NCBI GenBank assembly: GCA_964651915.1
Contig: CAZYZI010000001.1
Coordinates: forward strand, 1-62,971
Length of the DNA: 62,971 nt
Source of the DNA: an uncultured archaeon
Lineage (GTDB): Archaea; Thermoplasmatota; Poseidoniia; MGIII; CG-Epi1
Reading direction: 5' to 3'
The number at the start of each line of letters is the position of its first letter. Within the stretch, counting starts at the first letter, position 1. Below are positions 1 to 9,800 of this stretch, in pieces. The position numbers and the translations under genes are program-made. The notes under the pieces are model-generated. The model was not told the DNA's origin. It ran no database searches and saw only the letters and a program-made list of their open reading frames with translations.

Positions 1-142
1 TCATTTCAGTAACTGTTGCAGGTTTCAATTCTGTTTTGGTTGCAAGATCTGAAGTCCTTACCCTTTCGCCATCTGCAGCTAACTGATTTATGTTTTTAAT
101 CATCATTTCTGCACTTTCAGATAAAGCATCCATTCCAGGCAT
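1..142 (-). CDS. DtxR/MntR-family metal-dependent transcriptional repressor, N-terminal fragment (gene runs off the window start)
   Basis: Own minus-strand translation from ATG at 142 gives MPGMDALSESAEMMIKNINQLAADGERVRTSDLATKTELKPATVTEM, open to the window edge. It fits the winged-helix N-terminus of DtxR/IdeR/MntR (SE-AE-Y-K-I--L, G-VR-SD-A, P-TVTEM). It is absent from the ORF track because it is truncated. Confidence 0.55.
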   Translation of the reverse strand, partial: MPGMDALSESAEMMIKNINQLAADGERVRTSDLATKTELKPATVTEM

Positions 143-173
143 ATTTAGGATGAGTTGAGGGTTTATAAAAAAT

Positions 174-187
174 TTAGGGATGCCTAA
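174..187. promoter_or_regulatory. Palindromic operator-like box TTAGG-GATG-CCTAA (DtxR-box-like)
   Basis: Perfect 5-bp inverted arms TTAGG/CCTAA with a 4-bp spacer, in the divergent intergenic region between the DtxR-like gene and the FTR1 permease. Confidence 0.45.
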
Positions 188-189
188 AC

Positions 190-197
190 TATATATA
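190..197 (+). promoter_or_regulatory. TATA-box-like element (TATATATA) upstream of the FTR1 permease gene
   Basis: AT-alternating octamer about 50-60 nt upstream of the 248/257 start codons. The two tandem operator-like boxes lie between it and the start codon. Confidence 0.35.
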
Positions 198-207
198 GAT
201 GCATTTT

Positions 208-236
208 TTAGGTTGACCTAAATTAGGGTGACCTAA
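208..236. promoter_or_regulatory. Two tandem palindromic operator-like boxes: TTAGGTTGACCTAA (208-221) and TTAGGGTGACCTAA (223-236)
   Basis: Two near-identical 14-bp palindromes separated by 1 nt, both with TTAGG/CCTAA arms. They resemble the classical DtxR operator half-sites (TTAGG...CCTAA) and sit immediately upstream of the iron permease start. Confidence 0.5.
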
Positions 237-247
237 ATAATACAGAT

Positions 248-1018
248 GTGAAAAAAATGGACATGGAAGCTGGATTTCTGATTGGATTTCGAGAAGCTCT
301 CGAAGCTGCACTTATAATAGGTGTATTAGTTAGTCTACTCTATCGAACTAATAGAGACTTTATGACCAAATGGGTTTGGGGTGGAGTGATTCTAGCGCTT
401 ATAGCTAGTATACTAACTTGGCAGGCTTTCGAAATTATTGTTGGTGAATTCTCAAAGAAAAATGAAGAACTTTTTGAAGGTGTACTATATCTTGTTGCGG
501 CAGTATTGATTACCACCGTTATTCTACACGTTATAGGCCACGCATCTAAAGAAGTTCTAGAAAATAAAGCTGAAAAAGCAATTGAAACACGTGAATCTTT
601 TGGAATAGGATTATTAGCCTTTGTTTCTGTTTGGAGAGAAGGTGTTGAAACTGTTATTTTTATAGGTGCAGGGACCGAAAGTAGTGATGCTATTACAGGA
701 CTATTCATTGGAATTATATTGGCTACAATAATTGGATATGCTCTTTTTGCTTCTACAAAAAATCTTGATATCAAATTCATGTTCAATTTATCTACTTCAT
801 TACTAATCGGATTTGCAGCTTACCTTGTGATGAAATCTATACATGAATTTGGTGAAATTGGATTTATGGGCATACCTGAAAGTTTTCCACTGCAAATAGC
901 TGGAGCTTCAGCATACTTAGTCATAGCACATTTTATTTCAGAAAAATATGGTGTTTCTTTGATAGGTTCTGTGGTTGGAACGTTCAAAGGAATAGGGCAA
1001 CTGCTTTCTAGGAACTAA
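248..1018 (+). CDS. FTR1/EfeU-family high-affinity iron permease
   Basis: 256-aa polytopic ORF with two REXXE motifs (FREALEAAL, WREGVETVIF) typical of FTR1/EfeU. GTG at 248; the in-frame ATG at 257 is an equally plausible start. Confidence 0.85.
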   Translation: MKKMDMEAGFLIGFREALEAALIIGVLVSLLYRTNRDFMTKWVWGGVILALIASILTWQAFEIIVGEFSKKNEELFEGVLYLVAAVLITTVILHVIGHASKEVLENKAEKAIETRESFGIGLLAFVSVWREGVETVIFIGAGTESSDAITGLFIGIILATIIGYALFASTKNLDIKFMFNLSTSLLIGFAAYLVMKSIHEFGEIGFMGIPESFPLQIAGASAYLVIAHFISEKYGVSLIGSVVGTFKGIGQLLSRN

Positions 1019-1025
1019 CTTAGAA

Positions 1026-1820
1026 TTAATCCTTCTCAAGATCCATAAACAGCATCATAAGGAAAATTATCTCTATTCCTACTTCAAGAACTTTTCCTAA
1101 TGCCATAAGAATTGCATTAATTATGATATAGAGTATGCCTTCATCGGGATCAACTGCCTCTGCTATAGTGCCAGAAATGAATTCAAGTAAAAAATAGTCA
1201 AAAACCAATATTAAAACCATTATTCCAAGAACGTTCAAAAATACACGTACCAGATCATCTCGAACTAAAGAAGCACTATAAGTTAATGCGGAAAAAGCCC
1301 CTTTGCCTCTCAATACATAACTGTACTGCCAAAAAGCACAATAAACTGCGAATATTATTCCTGGAATAACTAACAAAAGAGAGCCAAAAACAAGCAAGGC
1401 GTAGTAAATTACAGCCGTTACAAAATACATAGGCAGCATATTTGTTCCATCTTTCAGAGCTTGCACACCTTGGATTTTTTCACCATGCATTGCTCCAGCA
1501 ACGACTCTAATAACTGCAATCCAAGCAATTCCACCAATCAGTTGGCGAATAAATTCAATTGCTATAAATTCTATAACGGAATTAAAAAAATTGTTAACAA
1601 AGTCCCATCCCGTCAAATCATCTGCAAAATCAGGAATTGGGATTAAAGGAACCAGGAATTCAACTACTAAAAAAACAGGAATAACTATCGTAGCTATAGC
1701 TGGTAAATTTAACGTGAAAAATTTGAAGGATTCCATTAGAAGAGTAAAAAAATTCTTAGATGCTGGCTTAAACAATTCCGGTTCTGGAATTTGTTCCACT
1801 TCTTGTTCCATAATAATCAT
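1026..1820 (-). CDS. Polytopic membrane protein, function unknown
   Basis: 264-aa ORF with 5-6 hydrophobic helices, tightly packed between neighbours. No motif I recognise. Confidence 0.6.
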   Translation of the reverse strand: MIIMEQEVEQIPEPELFKPASKNFFTLLMESFKFFTLNLPAIATIVIPVFLVVEFLVPLIPIPDFADDLTGWDFVNNFFNSVIEFIAIEFIRQLIGGIAWIAVIRVVAGAMHGEKIQGVQALKDGTNMLPMYFVTAVIYYALLVFGSLLLVIPGIIFAVYCAFWQYSYVLRGKGAFSALTYSASLVRDDLVRVFLNVLGIMVLILVFDYFLLEFISGTIAEAVDPDEGILYIIINAILMALGKVLEVGIEIIFLMMLFMDLEKD

Positions 1821-1906
1821 AGTAAATATCCCCTAAAAAATGCATCTGTTAATCTATAAAACCAAAAAAGGTCATTTAGAGGGGGCACAATTGAGGGTTT
1901 CCAAAT

Positions 1907-3637
1907 ATGGGTAATATCCAAGTTCTAGATGACCACACGATAAACCAAATTGCGGCAGGAGAAGTAATTGAAAGACCGGCATCTGTAGTCAAAGAACTTG
2001 TTGAAAATTCATTAGACGCTAAGGCAAAAAATATTTGGATTAGAGTCGAAGAAGGTGGTACTTCTCTAGTCATGGTCAGAGATGATGGAGAAGGGATGGA
2101 TTCCGAAGATGCAACTTTAGCTTTTCAAAAACATTCCACTTCGAAAATACGCTCTTTTGATGATTTACAAGACGTTAATACTTCTGGATTTAGAGGCGAA
2201 GCTTTGCCATCTATAGCCTCAGTATCAAGACTTAGAATTACAACTTGCAAAAAAGGAAATGACGTTGGAACTAGAATTACAATAGAAGGAAATAATAATT
2301 TAGAAGTTGAAGAACACGCTGCACCACAAGGAACTACAATTGAAGTTGCTGACCTTTTTTTCAATACGCCTGCAAGATCTAAACATCTTAAAAGAACAGC
2401 AACTGAACTTCAACATATTGTTAAAATTGTAACAACTGAAGCTATTCGAAGACCTGATGTAGCCTTTAATCTTGTTCATGGAGAAAGAAAATTGATTGAT
2501 GCACCGGCATCAGATCTAAAAACAAGAATAGGAGTTTTACTTGGGAGAGAAGCTTCTAAAGAATTAATTGAAATAAGTGGCGAATCTGAAGAAGTTAAGC
2601 TTGAAGGATTCCTAACAAGACCTGCAGTTTCTAGAAAATCAATGGCTGGATTATACCTACACATTAATGGAAGACCTGTCCAAGCAAGGAATATTTGTTA
2701 TTCGATTAAAGGCGCTTATGGAAGTTTACTTCATGACGGCCATTTCCCGATAGGTGCTTTATTTCTAGAAATTCCTGCAAAAGATGTTGATGTCAATGTA
2801 CATCCTGCTAAAACTATAGTTAGGATTGCTAGAGAAGAAAAAGTCAACAAAGAAATGAGAAAAATAATCAAAGATGTCTTGTCGGAGCAAGCTTTGATTG
2901 CTAATATTAATCTTGAAAACACAAAAACTGACTCGATATTCGGAACACCTGTTCCTAATACAGTACCAAGAACCAGATCTACACCAGTAAACTCCATTGA
3001 TAGTTTACAACAAGAATTTGATGTTAAATTGAATGAAGAAGAAGTAGAAACCAATATGCCATCTATGAGACCTCTAGCACTAATTGAAAACAAATATATC
3101 GTTGCAATGGGTCTAGATGGACTTTACATTATTGATTTTCATGCTGCTCATGAAAGAGTAATGTATGAACGTTTGAAGGATCAAGCTCGCTTCAAAAGAA
3201 TAGGAAAGCAAGATCTTCTCAAACCTATTTCTCTAGAATTATCAAAAAGTGAATCTACCGCTTTCGAAGAAATGTTGCCTCAAATAAATAACATGGGATT
3301 CGATGTTGAAAAATTTGGACCTTCTTCCTTCATGATAAGAAGTGTTCCGGCATTACTAGCAGGTTCAGAACCTGAAAGAATTAGAGAAGCAATAGATGAT
3401 ATTGTAGAAAGTGGTTCTATGAAATCAGCTGAAGAAAAACACACTTACATGATGTATACTGTTGCATGCCATTCTGCTTTGCGTGCAGGTGATAAGTTAA
3501 CGATGGCCCAAATGGAATTTGTCATAAGAGAAATGGAATCGATTCCTAATCCTTATGCTTGTGTTCATGGTAGACCAACTGTAATGACAATCACACCTTC
3601 TGAACTTGATAAGAAATTCAAAAGAAGTGGATTCTAA
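1907..3637 (+). CDS. mutL: DNA mismatch repair protein MutL (endonuclease type)
   Basis: N-terminus NQIAAGEVIERPASVVKELVENSLDA is the GHKL ATPase signature of MutL. The C-terminal half carries DFHAAHERVMYE (D-x-HA-x2-E-x4-E endonuclease motif). Confidence 0.95.
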   Translation: MGNIQVLDDHTINQIAAGEVIERPASVVKELVENSLDAKAKNIWIRVEEGGTSLVMVRDDGEGMDSEDATLAFQKHSTSKIRSFDDLQDVNTSGFRGEALPSIASVSRLRITTCKKGNDVGTRITIEGNNNLEVEEHAAPQGTTIEVADLFFNTPARSKHLKRTATELQHIVKIVTTEAIRRPDVAFNLVHGERKLIDAPASDLKTRIGVLLGREASKELIEISGESEEVKLEGFLTRPAVSRKSMAGLYLHINGRPVQARNICYSIKGAYGSLLHDGHFPIGALFLEIPAKDVDVNVHPAKTIVRIAREEKVNKEMRKIIKDVLSEQALIANINLENTKTDSIFGTPVPNTVPRTRSTPVNSIDSLQQEFDVKLNEEEVETNMPSMRPLALIENKYIVAMGLDGLYIIDFHAAHERVMYERLKDQARFKRIGKQDLLKPISLELSKSESTAFEEMLPQINNMGFDVEKFGPSSFMIRSVPALLAGSEPERIREAIDDIVESGSMKSAEEKHTYMMYTVACHSALRAGDKLTMAQMEFVIREMESIPNPYACVHGRPTVMTITPSELDKKFKRSGF

Positions 3638-6258
3638 GACCTATTTCCCTCTAAATTACCAAACTGATATAATAATGCAGGAAGCATAATTACGGCTGCA
3701 ACAAATGAAAGGAATATCATAATTGCCATTATCATTCCAAATGTAACAAACAGAGGCATAATGGACAAGGTCAGAACCATAAAACCTACGAAATCAGTGA
3801 ATGCCGACATAGCAACATTATTCCCTGTTTCATCTAAACTTTCGGCCATCCATTCCTCTTGTGTTCCATCAGGATTGTCAAACCTAGCTTCTCTTACTCT
3901 TTGGACCATATGAATTGCATAATCTACTCCTAAACCTATTGCTAAACTTGATATTTGTACTGTAACTAAATTGATGGAAGTTCCTGTTAGAACCATTCCA
4001 CCTCTTAACCATAGAGTAATCGCAACAACCGGTAAAATTGTTATCAAACTCAATCTCACATCTCTAAGAACAAATAATACAATCAAAAAGGCTAAAATAA
4101 TTGCTACAACCAAACTTTCCTGGAAACTATCAGTTATTTCTAAGACATACACATATCTTTCATAACTCAAACCTGCAACTTGTGCAGAGACGCCATTTAT
4201 CGAATTAAGATCATTACTTGCTGAATCCAACTCTACCTTTTGCTCTTCCATTAGACCATAAATATCGTCCGGCCTTTCAACTATAAACCAAGATCTTGCC
4301 ATGGTCATCTTACTGTTTTCAAGATGATACATTTCTCTAGCTTCTGATGGTGAAACGTAGTAAGTTCCTTCTAGATTAATTGTCCCATTTTTGTAAACAT
4401 CTGCTAAAACTTTGTAAATTTCTTCTTCGGAAGTAGGAAATCCTGTTGAAGAATTAACTGTTTTAGGAACATATCCCTTATTTTCTACATTTGTAGCTAA
4501 CAAAATTTGTGTTCGGATTATGTAAGGTACACTTCCTAACCACCGTGCACTCACATTTTGTTTTACAATTTCCTCCTCCATATTATCAATTTCAACTATG
4601 GTCTCATAAGTTGCAAGATTTTCACCCTCGATGACGTAATATCCTGGTTCTCCCTGTTCTGTAAATGTTGCCTGACCGATAATAACTGTTTGAATGAAAC
4701 GAGAATCATTATCTGCATATTCTTTTACATCAAATGTTGATTCTGGATTACCAAGAACAATTGGTGATAAAATAAGTGTAATAAACAAGAAAACAATTAG
4801 CATAGTAAGTGAACGATTTACCATCAATGAAGATAATTGTTTAACACTAAAATAAGCTCCAATTTTTGAGATTAGACCTTTTTCACCCGCATCCTCAGCA
4901 GGTTTAGCTGGAGGAAAATAACTTCTCAATATAGGTGCAAAAACACCCATTATCAAGTAAGCTTGAATAATTCCAATTGGTCCCAGAATACCCCATTCAA
5001 ATAAATCAGGAATATTGCTTAAGGTTGCAGTTCCAAATGCTACTACTGTCGTTACCGTAGCTACACCAAGAGCAGGAAAGAGAGTTCTAATTGAACCCAA
5101 TGCACCATGGAAACTAGCTTCTTGGGGATGATAAGGATACAAAGGATGTTCAAGTGTTAATCTACGCCAACGCGTGAGACTGTGAATCACAAAATCTACT
5201 CCTAAAGCCAACATTAGAATCGGTAGCATTGCAGCAAGTTGTGTTTGAGGAAAACCAAGCCAAAATGAATTTGCCATCATGCAAACCATTAACAAAGCTA
5301 AACCTAAACCACTTACTAACACATCACCTAAATTGCGGAAATAGAAAGACAACAAGAGAACCATCAAAACAAAAGAAACCCCAACCAAGGGTAATGTAGA
5401 ATTTATCTGATCCTCTAGTTCAAGACCAAATGCGAGATAAGAATAGAAATCTACATCTTCGTCAGATTCTAGTGAATCAAGATAATAAGCATCAACTTTC
5501 TGTTCCCAATATTCAAAGTGTTCATAATCACCTCTTTGTCGAGGATAGTCCACAAAGAGACGAGTAGAATTAGCTTCACCTATCATTGTGAAACCTTTAG
5601 CTTTCCAATATGAGGTACCTGTAGCATAAGCTTCAATATTATAATCGTAATCATCACGTGGTTTGGTACATTCATTACCTGTTACTACACAAAGATCAGG
5701 AGAAACCAAACCTCTGTATATGAATGAACCATCTTCAGAACGAATATTGAATAAGGCATTTAGAACATAAGTAAACTCCTCTTGGGTTGCTTCTTCATAG
5801 TTTGATCCTGTGTAGCCTATTACTGACGTAACTGAAGTCTCGTTATTCATTATGGAGCGAACTGTATCCGGTAAACCCCACATAGTAGAAAGTTCATTCT
5901 GATTAACTTGCCAATTGAATTTAACATCGAAATATTGACTTGTATCATTATCTGCTCTTAACTGATCATTTCGATTAGTTGTTTCTCTAAATACTTCAAA
6001 GTTCAAAGCATTGTGATTCTCAGAATCCTCTGAATCACCCATAATAATCTGGAAAACCATCCAATATTCTTCCGGCATCTTCTCTTCTGCCCTATCTGAT
6101 GCTTTCCAAACATCACTATCTGGATAAGAAAATTCTTCTCTCTGACTCATTTCTCGACCAACATCTGGTGAAAAACCTGCAAGAACGATAATGAAGAAGA
6201 AAACAAAAGCTATCATTGACAAATGCCAACGTTTTTTTGGTGACATTTCCTTAGCCAT
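3634..6258 (-). CDS. RND-superfamily (MMPL/HpnN-like) membrane exporter
   Basis: 874 aa. Two multi-TM blocks each contain G-x-GVD-[FY]-x-IH (LALGVDFVIHSL; GLGVDYAIHMVQRVRE), each preceded by a large extracytoplasmic domain. The stop codon overlaps the mutL stop (convergent). Confidence 0.8.
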   Translation of the reverse strand: MAKEMSPKKRWHLSMIAFVFFFIIVLAGFSPDVGREMSQREEFSYPDSDVWKASDRAEEKMPEEYWMVFQIIMGDSEDSENHNALNFEVFRETTNRNDQLRADNDTSQYFDVKFNWQVNQNELSTMWGLPDTVRSIMNNETSVTSVIGYTGSNYEEATQEEFTYVLNALFNIRSEDGSFIYRGLVSPDLCVVTGNECTKPRDDYDYNIEAYATGTSYWKAKGFTMIGEANSTRLFVDYPRQRGDYEHFEYWEQKVDAYYLDSLESDEDVDFYSYLAFGLELEDQINSTLPLVGVSFVLMVLLLSFYFRNLGDVLVSGLGLALLMVCMMANSFWLGFPQTQLAAMLPILMLALGVDFVIHSLTRWRRLTLEHPLYPYHPQEASFHGALGSIRTLFPALGVATVTTVVAFGTATLSNIPDLFEWGILGPIGIIQAYLIMGVFAPILRSYFPPAKPAEDAGEKGLISKIGAYFSVKQLSSLMVNRSLTMLIVFLFITLILSPIVLGNPESTFDVKEYADNDSRFIQTVIIGQATFTEQGEPGYYVIEGENLATYETIVEIDNMEEEIVKQNVSARWLGSVPYIIRTQILLATNVENKGYVPKTVNSSTGFPTSEEEIYKVLADVYKNGTINLEGTYYVSPSEAREMYHLENSKMTMARSWFIVERPDDIYGLMEEQKVELDSASNDLNSINGVSAQVAGLSYERYVYVLEITDSFQESLVVAIILAFLIVLFVLRDVRLSLITILPVVAITLWLRGGMVLTGTSINLVTVQISSLAIGLGVDYAIHMVQRVREARFDNPDGTQEEWMAESLDETGNNVAMSAFTDFVGFMVLTLSIMPLFVTFGMIMAIMIFLSFVAAVIMLPALLYQFGNLEGNRS

Positions 6259-6304
6259 AATTGAAAGCTAAAATATCTCCTTATTAAACTTGAGCTGCAA
6301 TAAC

Positions 6305-6796
6305 TCAACCTTTTGGAATTAACTGGGAAACAAAATGTTCGTATTCTTCTCCAAGGTGTATGTAGCATCTTATCCAAGGATAAAGATGGCCATCTCGTGC
6401 CTTAACAAATTTCCAAACATGTCCTGCTCCCTCTAAATCCTCAGCCAAAAGAATATCTCCTCTACGAATGATTACTTTATGCTCTTTATCTTCTGCATCA
6501 ACACCGCAGCTTTGGAATTCTAAACAACCACTTAAAGTCAATACAAGCTGCCTTCTTGGCGCTGTATGTGCTAACTTAGGGCCTTCTCCTTCTAAATTTT
6601 CTGGAACTGGCGTAAGTGCAAATTGTGTTTTTAGATCACCTGTGTTGTCATATATATTCTCATTAACAAACAATGATGAAAATAGACCTACGGAACCAAG
6701 ACCTGTTTTACTAACTACTGGAATTTGCATCTTTGCAAATCTGGTGTGTCCGCTTTCGTCAGTATACATTCTGACAACTGGTATCCCCTCTGTCAT
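6305..6796 (-). CDS. Small soluble protein, possibly cupin-fold
   Basis: 163-aa ORF. The beta-rich C-terminal half (IIRRGDILLAEDLEGAGHVWKF) is cupin-like. This is a weak assignment. Confidence 0.45.
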   Translation of the reverse strand: MTEGIPVVRMYTDESGHTRFAKMQIPVVSKTGLGSVGLFSSLFVNENIYDNTGDLKTQFALTPVPENLEGEGPKLAHTAPRRQLVLTLSGCLEFQSCGVDAEDKEHKVIIRRGDILLAEDLEGAGHVWKFVKARDGHLYPWIRCYIHLGEEYEHFVSQLIPKG

Positions 6797-6806
6797 AACA
6801 GAGGGG
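6785..6806 (-). terminator. Hairpin CCCCTCTG-tcataa-CAGAGGGG downstream of the 1282-aa gene; its loop holds the start codon of the next gene
   Basis: Perfect GC-rich 8-bp inverted repeat 22-43 nt downstream of the stop at 6828-6830. The ATG of the 6305..6796 ORF (6794-6796) lies in the 6-nt loop. Confidence 0.3.
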
Positions 6807-6827
6807 TATTACCCAGATATTTATTGC

Positions 6828-9800
6828 TTAGTGTATTCTGCGACGTAGTCCTGCTGCGCCGACTAATACAAGTGCACCAACTGCGAAACTAATGCTTGGC
6901 AATCCTGATTCGTCAGCAATTGCTTCAATTGGATCAGCTTCAGTTCCATTACCAACAGTTACTGTACCAACCATTCCCATAGTTGCATGTGGTTCACAAA
7001 CATAATAATGGGTTTTGTCATCTTCAGTAAAAGTATGTCTGAAATCAACTGTGTTGGTTGATTCACCACTGTAGAAACCAAGCTTGGCATCTTCAAGAAT
7101 CATGTCTGCATCGAACTTTGTTACAATCTCTGCGACATTATGAACATCTACTGTTCCTTTCCAAATCCAGCAAACTGTATCTCCTGCTGAAATTGTGATT
7201 TCTGCAGGTTCAAATGAATAACCACCGTCGCCAACTGTTACAATTTCATCACATTCGTCTGTATTTCCTTTACCGAAATGAACTGTTACTGGTTCATCAG
7301 CACTAAATTTAGCGTTGCTGCCATCGATAACTAAATCTTCACAGCCTTCACAAGATAGAACCTCATAGTCTTCTAAGAGAATCATCTCAACATGCCAAGT
7401 TTCGCCCTCCTCAGCAATAGGTAGGTGGGCTGAATGAACATCTAATGATTCGTCTACTCCAGCAAAATGTAGTTTGAAAGAAGTGCCAGATAGCATCGGT
7501 TTATCTTCGTTATCAGATAATGCACCTACTATATTCTCAGACATTGGTATTGGATCTGTATCTTCAGGATCTGAAACGCCTATGATTCCATCTAACAATG
7601 GTGGATTGTCGTCTCCATCATCAGCAACTGGAACCCACATGAATCCTGCACTTTCACAATCTGCTGGAGTCATAAGTTCATGTCTTACTTCATCATTCTC
7701 TGAATCATAACAAACCATTCTGAACATTACGTCACAACCATCATCGTCTACATTATCACAATATTCTGAAACATAATTTTGACAATCTGGATTATCTGGA
7801 CCTGAAGAACACGCCTCTACATGACAAGGACTCTCTGGATTATCCATATCAAATGGACATTCATCTCCAGTTCCATCTCCATCTATGTCATTAGGTCTTC
7901 CGCCGTCTTTGTAATATGTGTTACCTACAGATGATTCATATACTGGAGATTGTCCAAAGTCATCTGTACAAACCCATCGGTCATTTCCTTCACCGTCATC
8001 GTAGACTTCACAGTAATACCACCAAGTGTCCCAGTCTTCATCATCAGAATACTTGCAATACCATCGCGTATCTCCGTCACCACTGGCTTCGTCACCTTCC
8101 CATTCACAGTAACCACCATAATACTCTCCCCAGTATCCATCTTCTCCCTCGTGACCATCGTCGTCTCCATCGCCCTCAAAGATACCCATTTCTACAAGTA
8201 TATAGAATAATTCAACTACATTGTCTGCGGCTGTATCTGCTGTTATATTACCATCTTCATAATGTGTTGCATTCTCAGCAATCATAAAGATGGGAATAAA
8301 CATGTTAAAGACATCATCACAATCTATCTCTTCACCAGTTTCCTCATCATAGCAGTCTGGTTCGTAATCATGATAATCAGCTTCAGGCATATGTTTTCGA
8401 TCTGCTGTACCTTCTACTAGTACTTCTTCACCACCATTTCCACCGTAGCCTTCACTGGACACTGCATATACTTCACCAGAATCGTAGACATCGTTCTCAT
8501 TTTCATCCATGAACTGGAACCAATAGGAATCGAAGTCATAATTAGATGCCCAATTTTCAAATTCATTTTGACTCTTGATATCAAATGAGGTCTCGGCATC
8601 CATCGTGTCTAAATTTCCTGTACAACCGTCACAACCTTCACCTTCTGTTTCTAACACATTTTCATAATTTTCATAAAGATCATAAACAGAAACAAATTCT
8701 TCTTCAAAAGCTTTCGGATTATCTCCCCATTCAAAGTCGTAAGCTTCATTCCAGAACTCTTCAAAGACTAAATCATAAACAGACCCATCATAGGCAACAG
8801 TTTGCATAAATTCATCATCATCGCCTTCGTTCCATTCCCAATGATTATCGGACATATAACCATCCCACTCATCAGATTCTTCACCGTCAACTACAACATA
8901 AGCTCCATCTATATTATTGTAATAACTTGCTGAATTAATACCACCCTCAAATGTTGTATAAACCATATAGTCACCAGCGACTAAATCTACTTCTAAAAAT
9001 GCATAACCACAATTTGAGTAATCTTCGTCTTCTGAATTTACAGGACAAAACATATCATCATTATAATAATGTTTGTTAGAAGCAATCAGATCTTCACCAT
9101 GGTAAATGTATAATCCTGGATGCTGGCCGTAACACTCATCATCTACACCGTCTTCATCCCAATCATAACAATGCCAACCTGCAGAAAAAATACTTACTGA
9201 AGAATCTGTATCGATACTGAAAGATTGAGTTTGGTACATAACAAATTCTTCTTTATCATTATCATTCCAAGTATCAAAGTGAGGGAAATTTTCCATTTCC
9301 ATGCTTTCATGATGTATACTGCCATTCATGGCCCAACGCGCATCACCAAATTGTAATTTATGAGAATAAGGGCCTATGTTTGTATGATTATCATTTTCAC
9401 CATGACAGTCATATCCGACCAATAACCAATTTCCTTCATCATCGTAATCCCATTCTTGATGACAGCTACCAATTGTTACTAAGGACCAAGTGCCTGCGAA
9501 TAGCTCAGCTTCCATAAAATCATCACAGTGAACATATGTTTCGTTGTCATCACCCCAATCACAATAAGAATTACCAAATGCGACATTTTCAAGATTTCCA
9601 AAATCAGTTATCCCTGCTGAAAGATCGCCTTCAAAGAGATAAACGTCGCCCCACCAGTAATGATGATACTCCTGATATTCATCTTCTCCGTCTTCACAAT
9701 TCCACTCCCAATTATTTACTTGATTTATCCATACTTCAGAACCATCGTGACAATCAAACCAATTGACTTCTTCACCTTCACAAGTCTCATCATTCCATTC

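Noticed and set aside
340-786. 148-aa antisense ORF inside the FTR1 permease gene. Similar shadow ORFs occur at 1461..1836, 1876..2073, 2125..3093, 3971..4740, 6468..6848, 11319..11618 and 12015..12565.
   Set aside because: Each lies entirely within, and antisense to or out of frame with, a much longer ORF that has clear family motifs. Their translations are low-complexity or hydrophobic with no motifs. These are typical shadow ORFs of an AT-rich genome.
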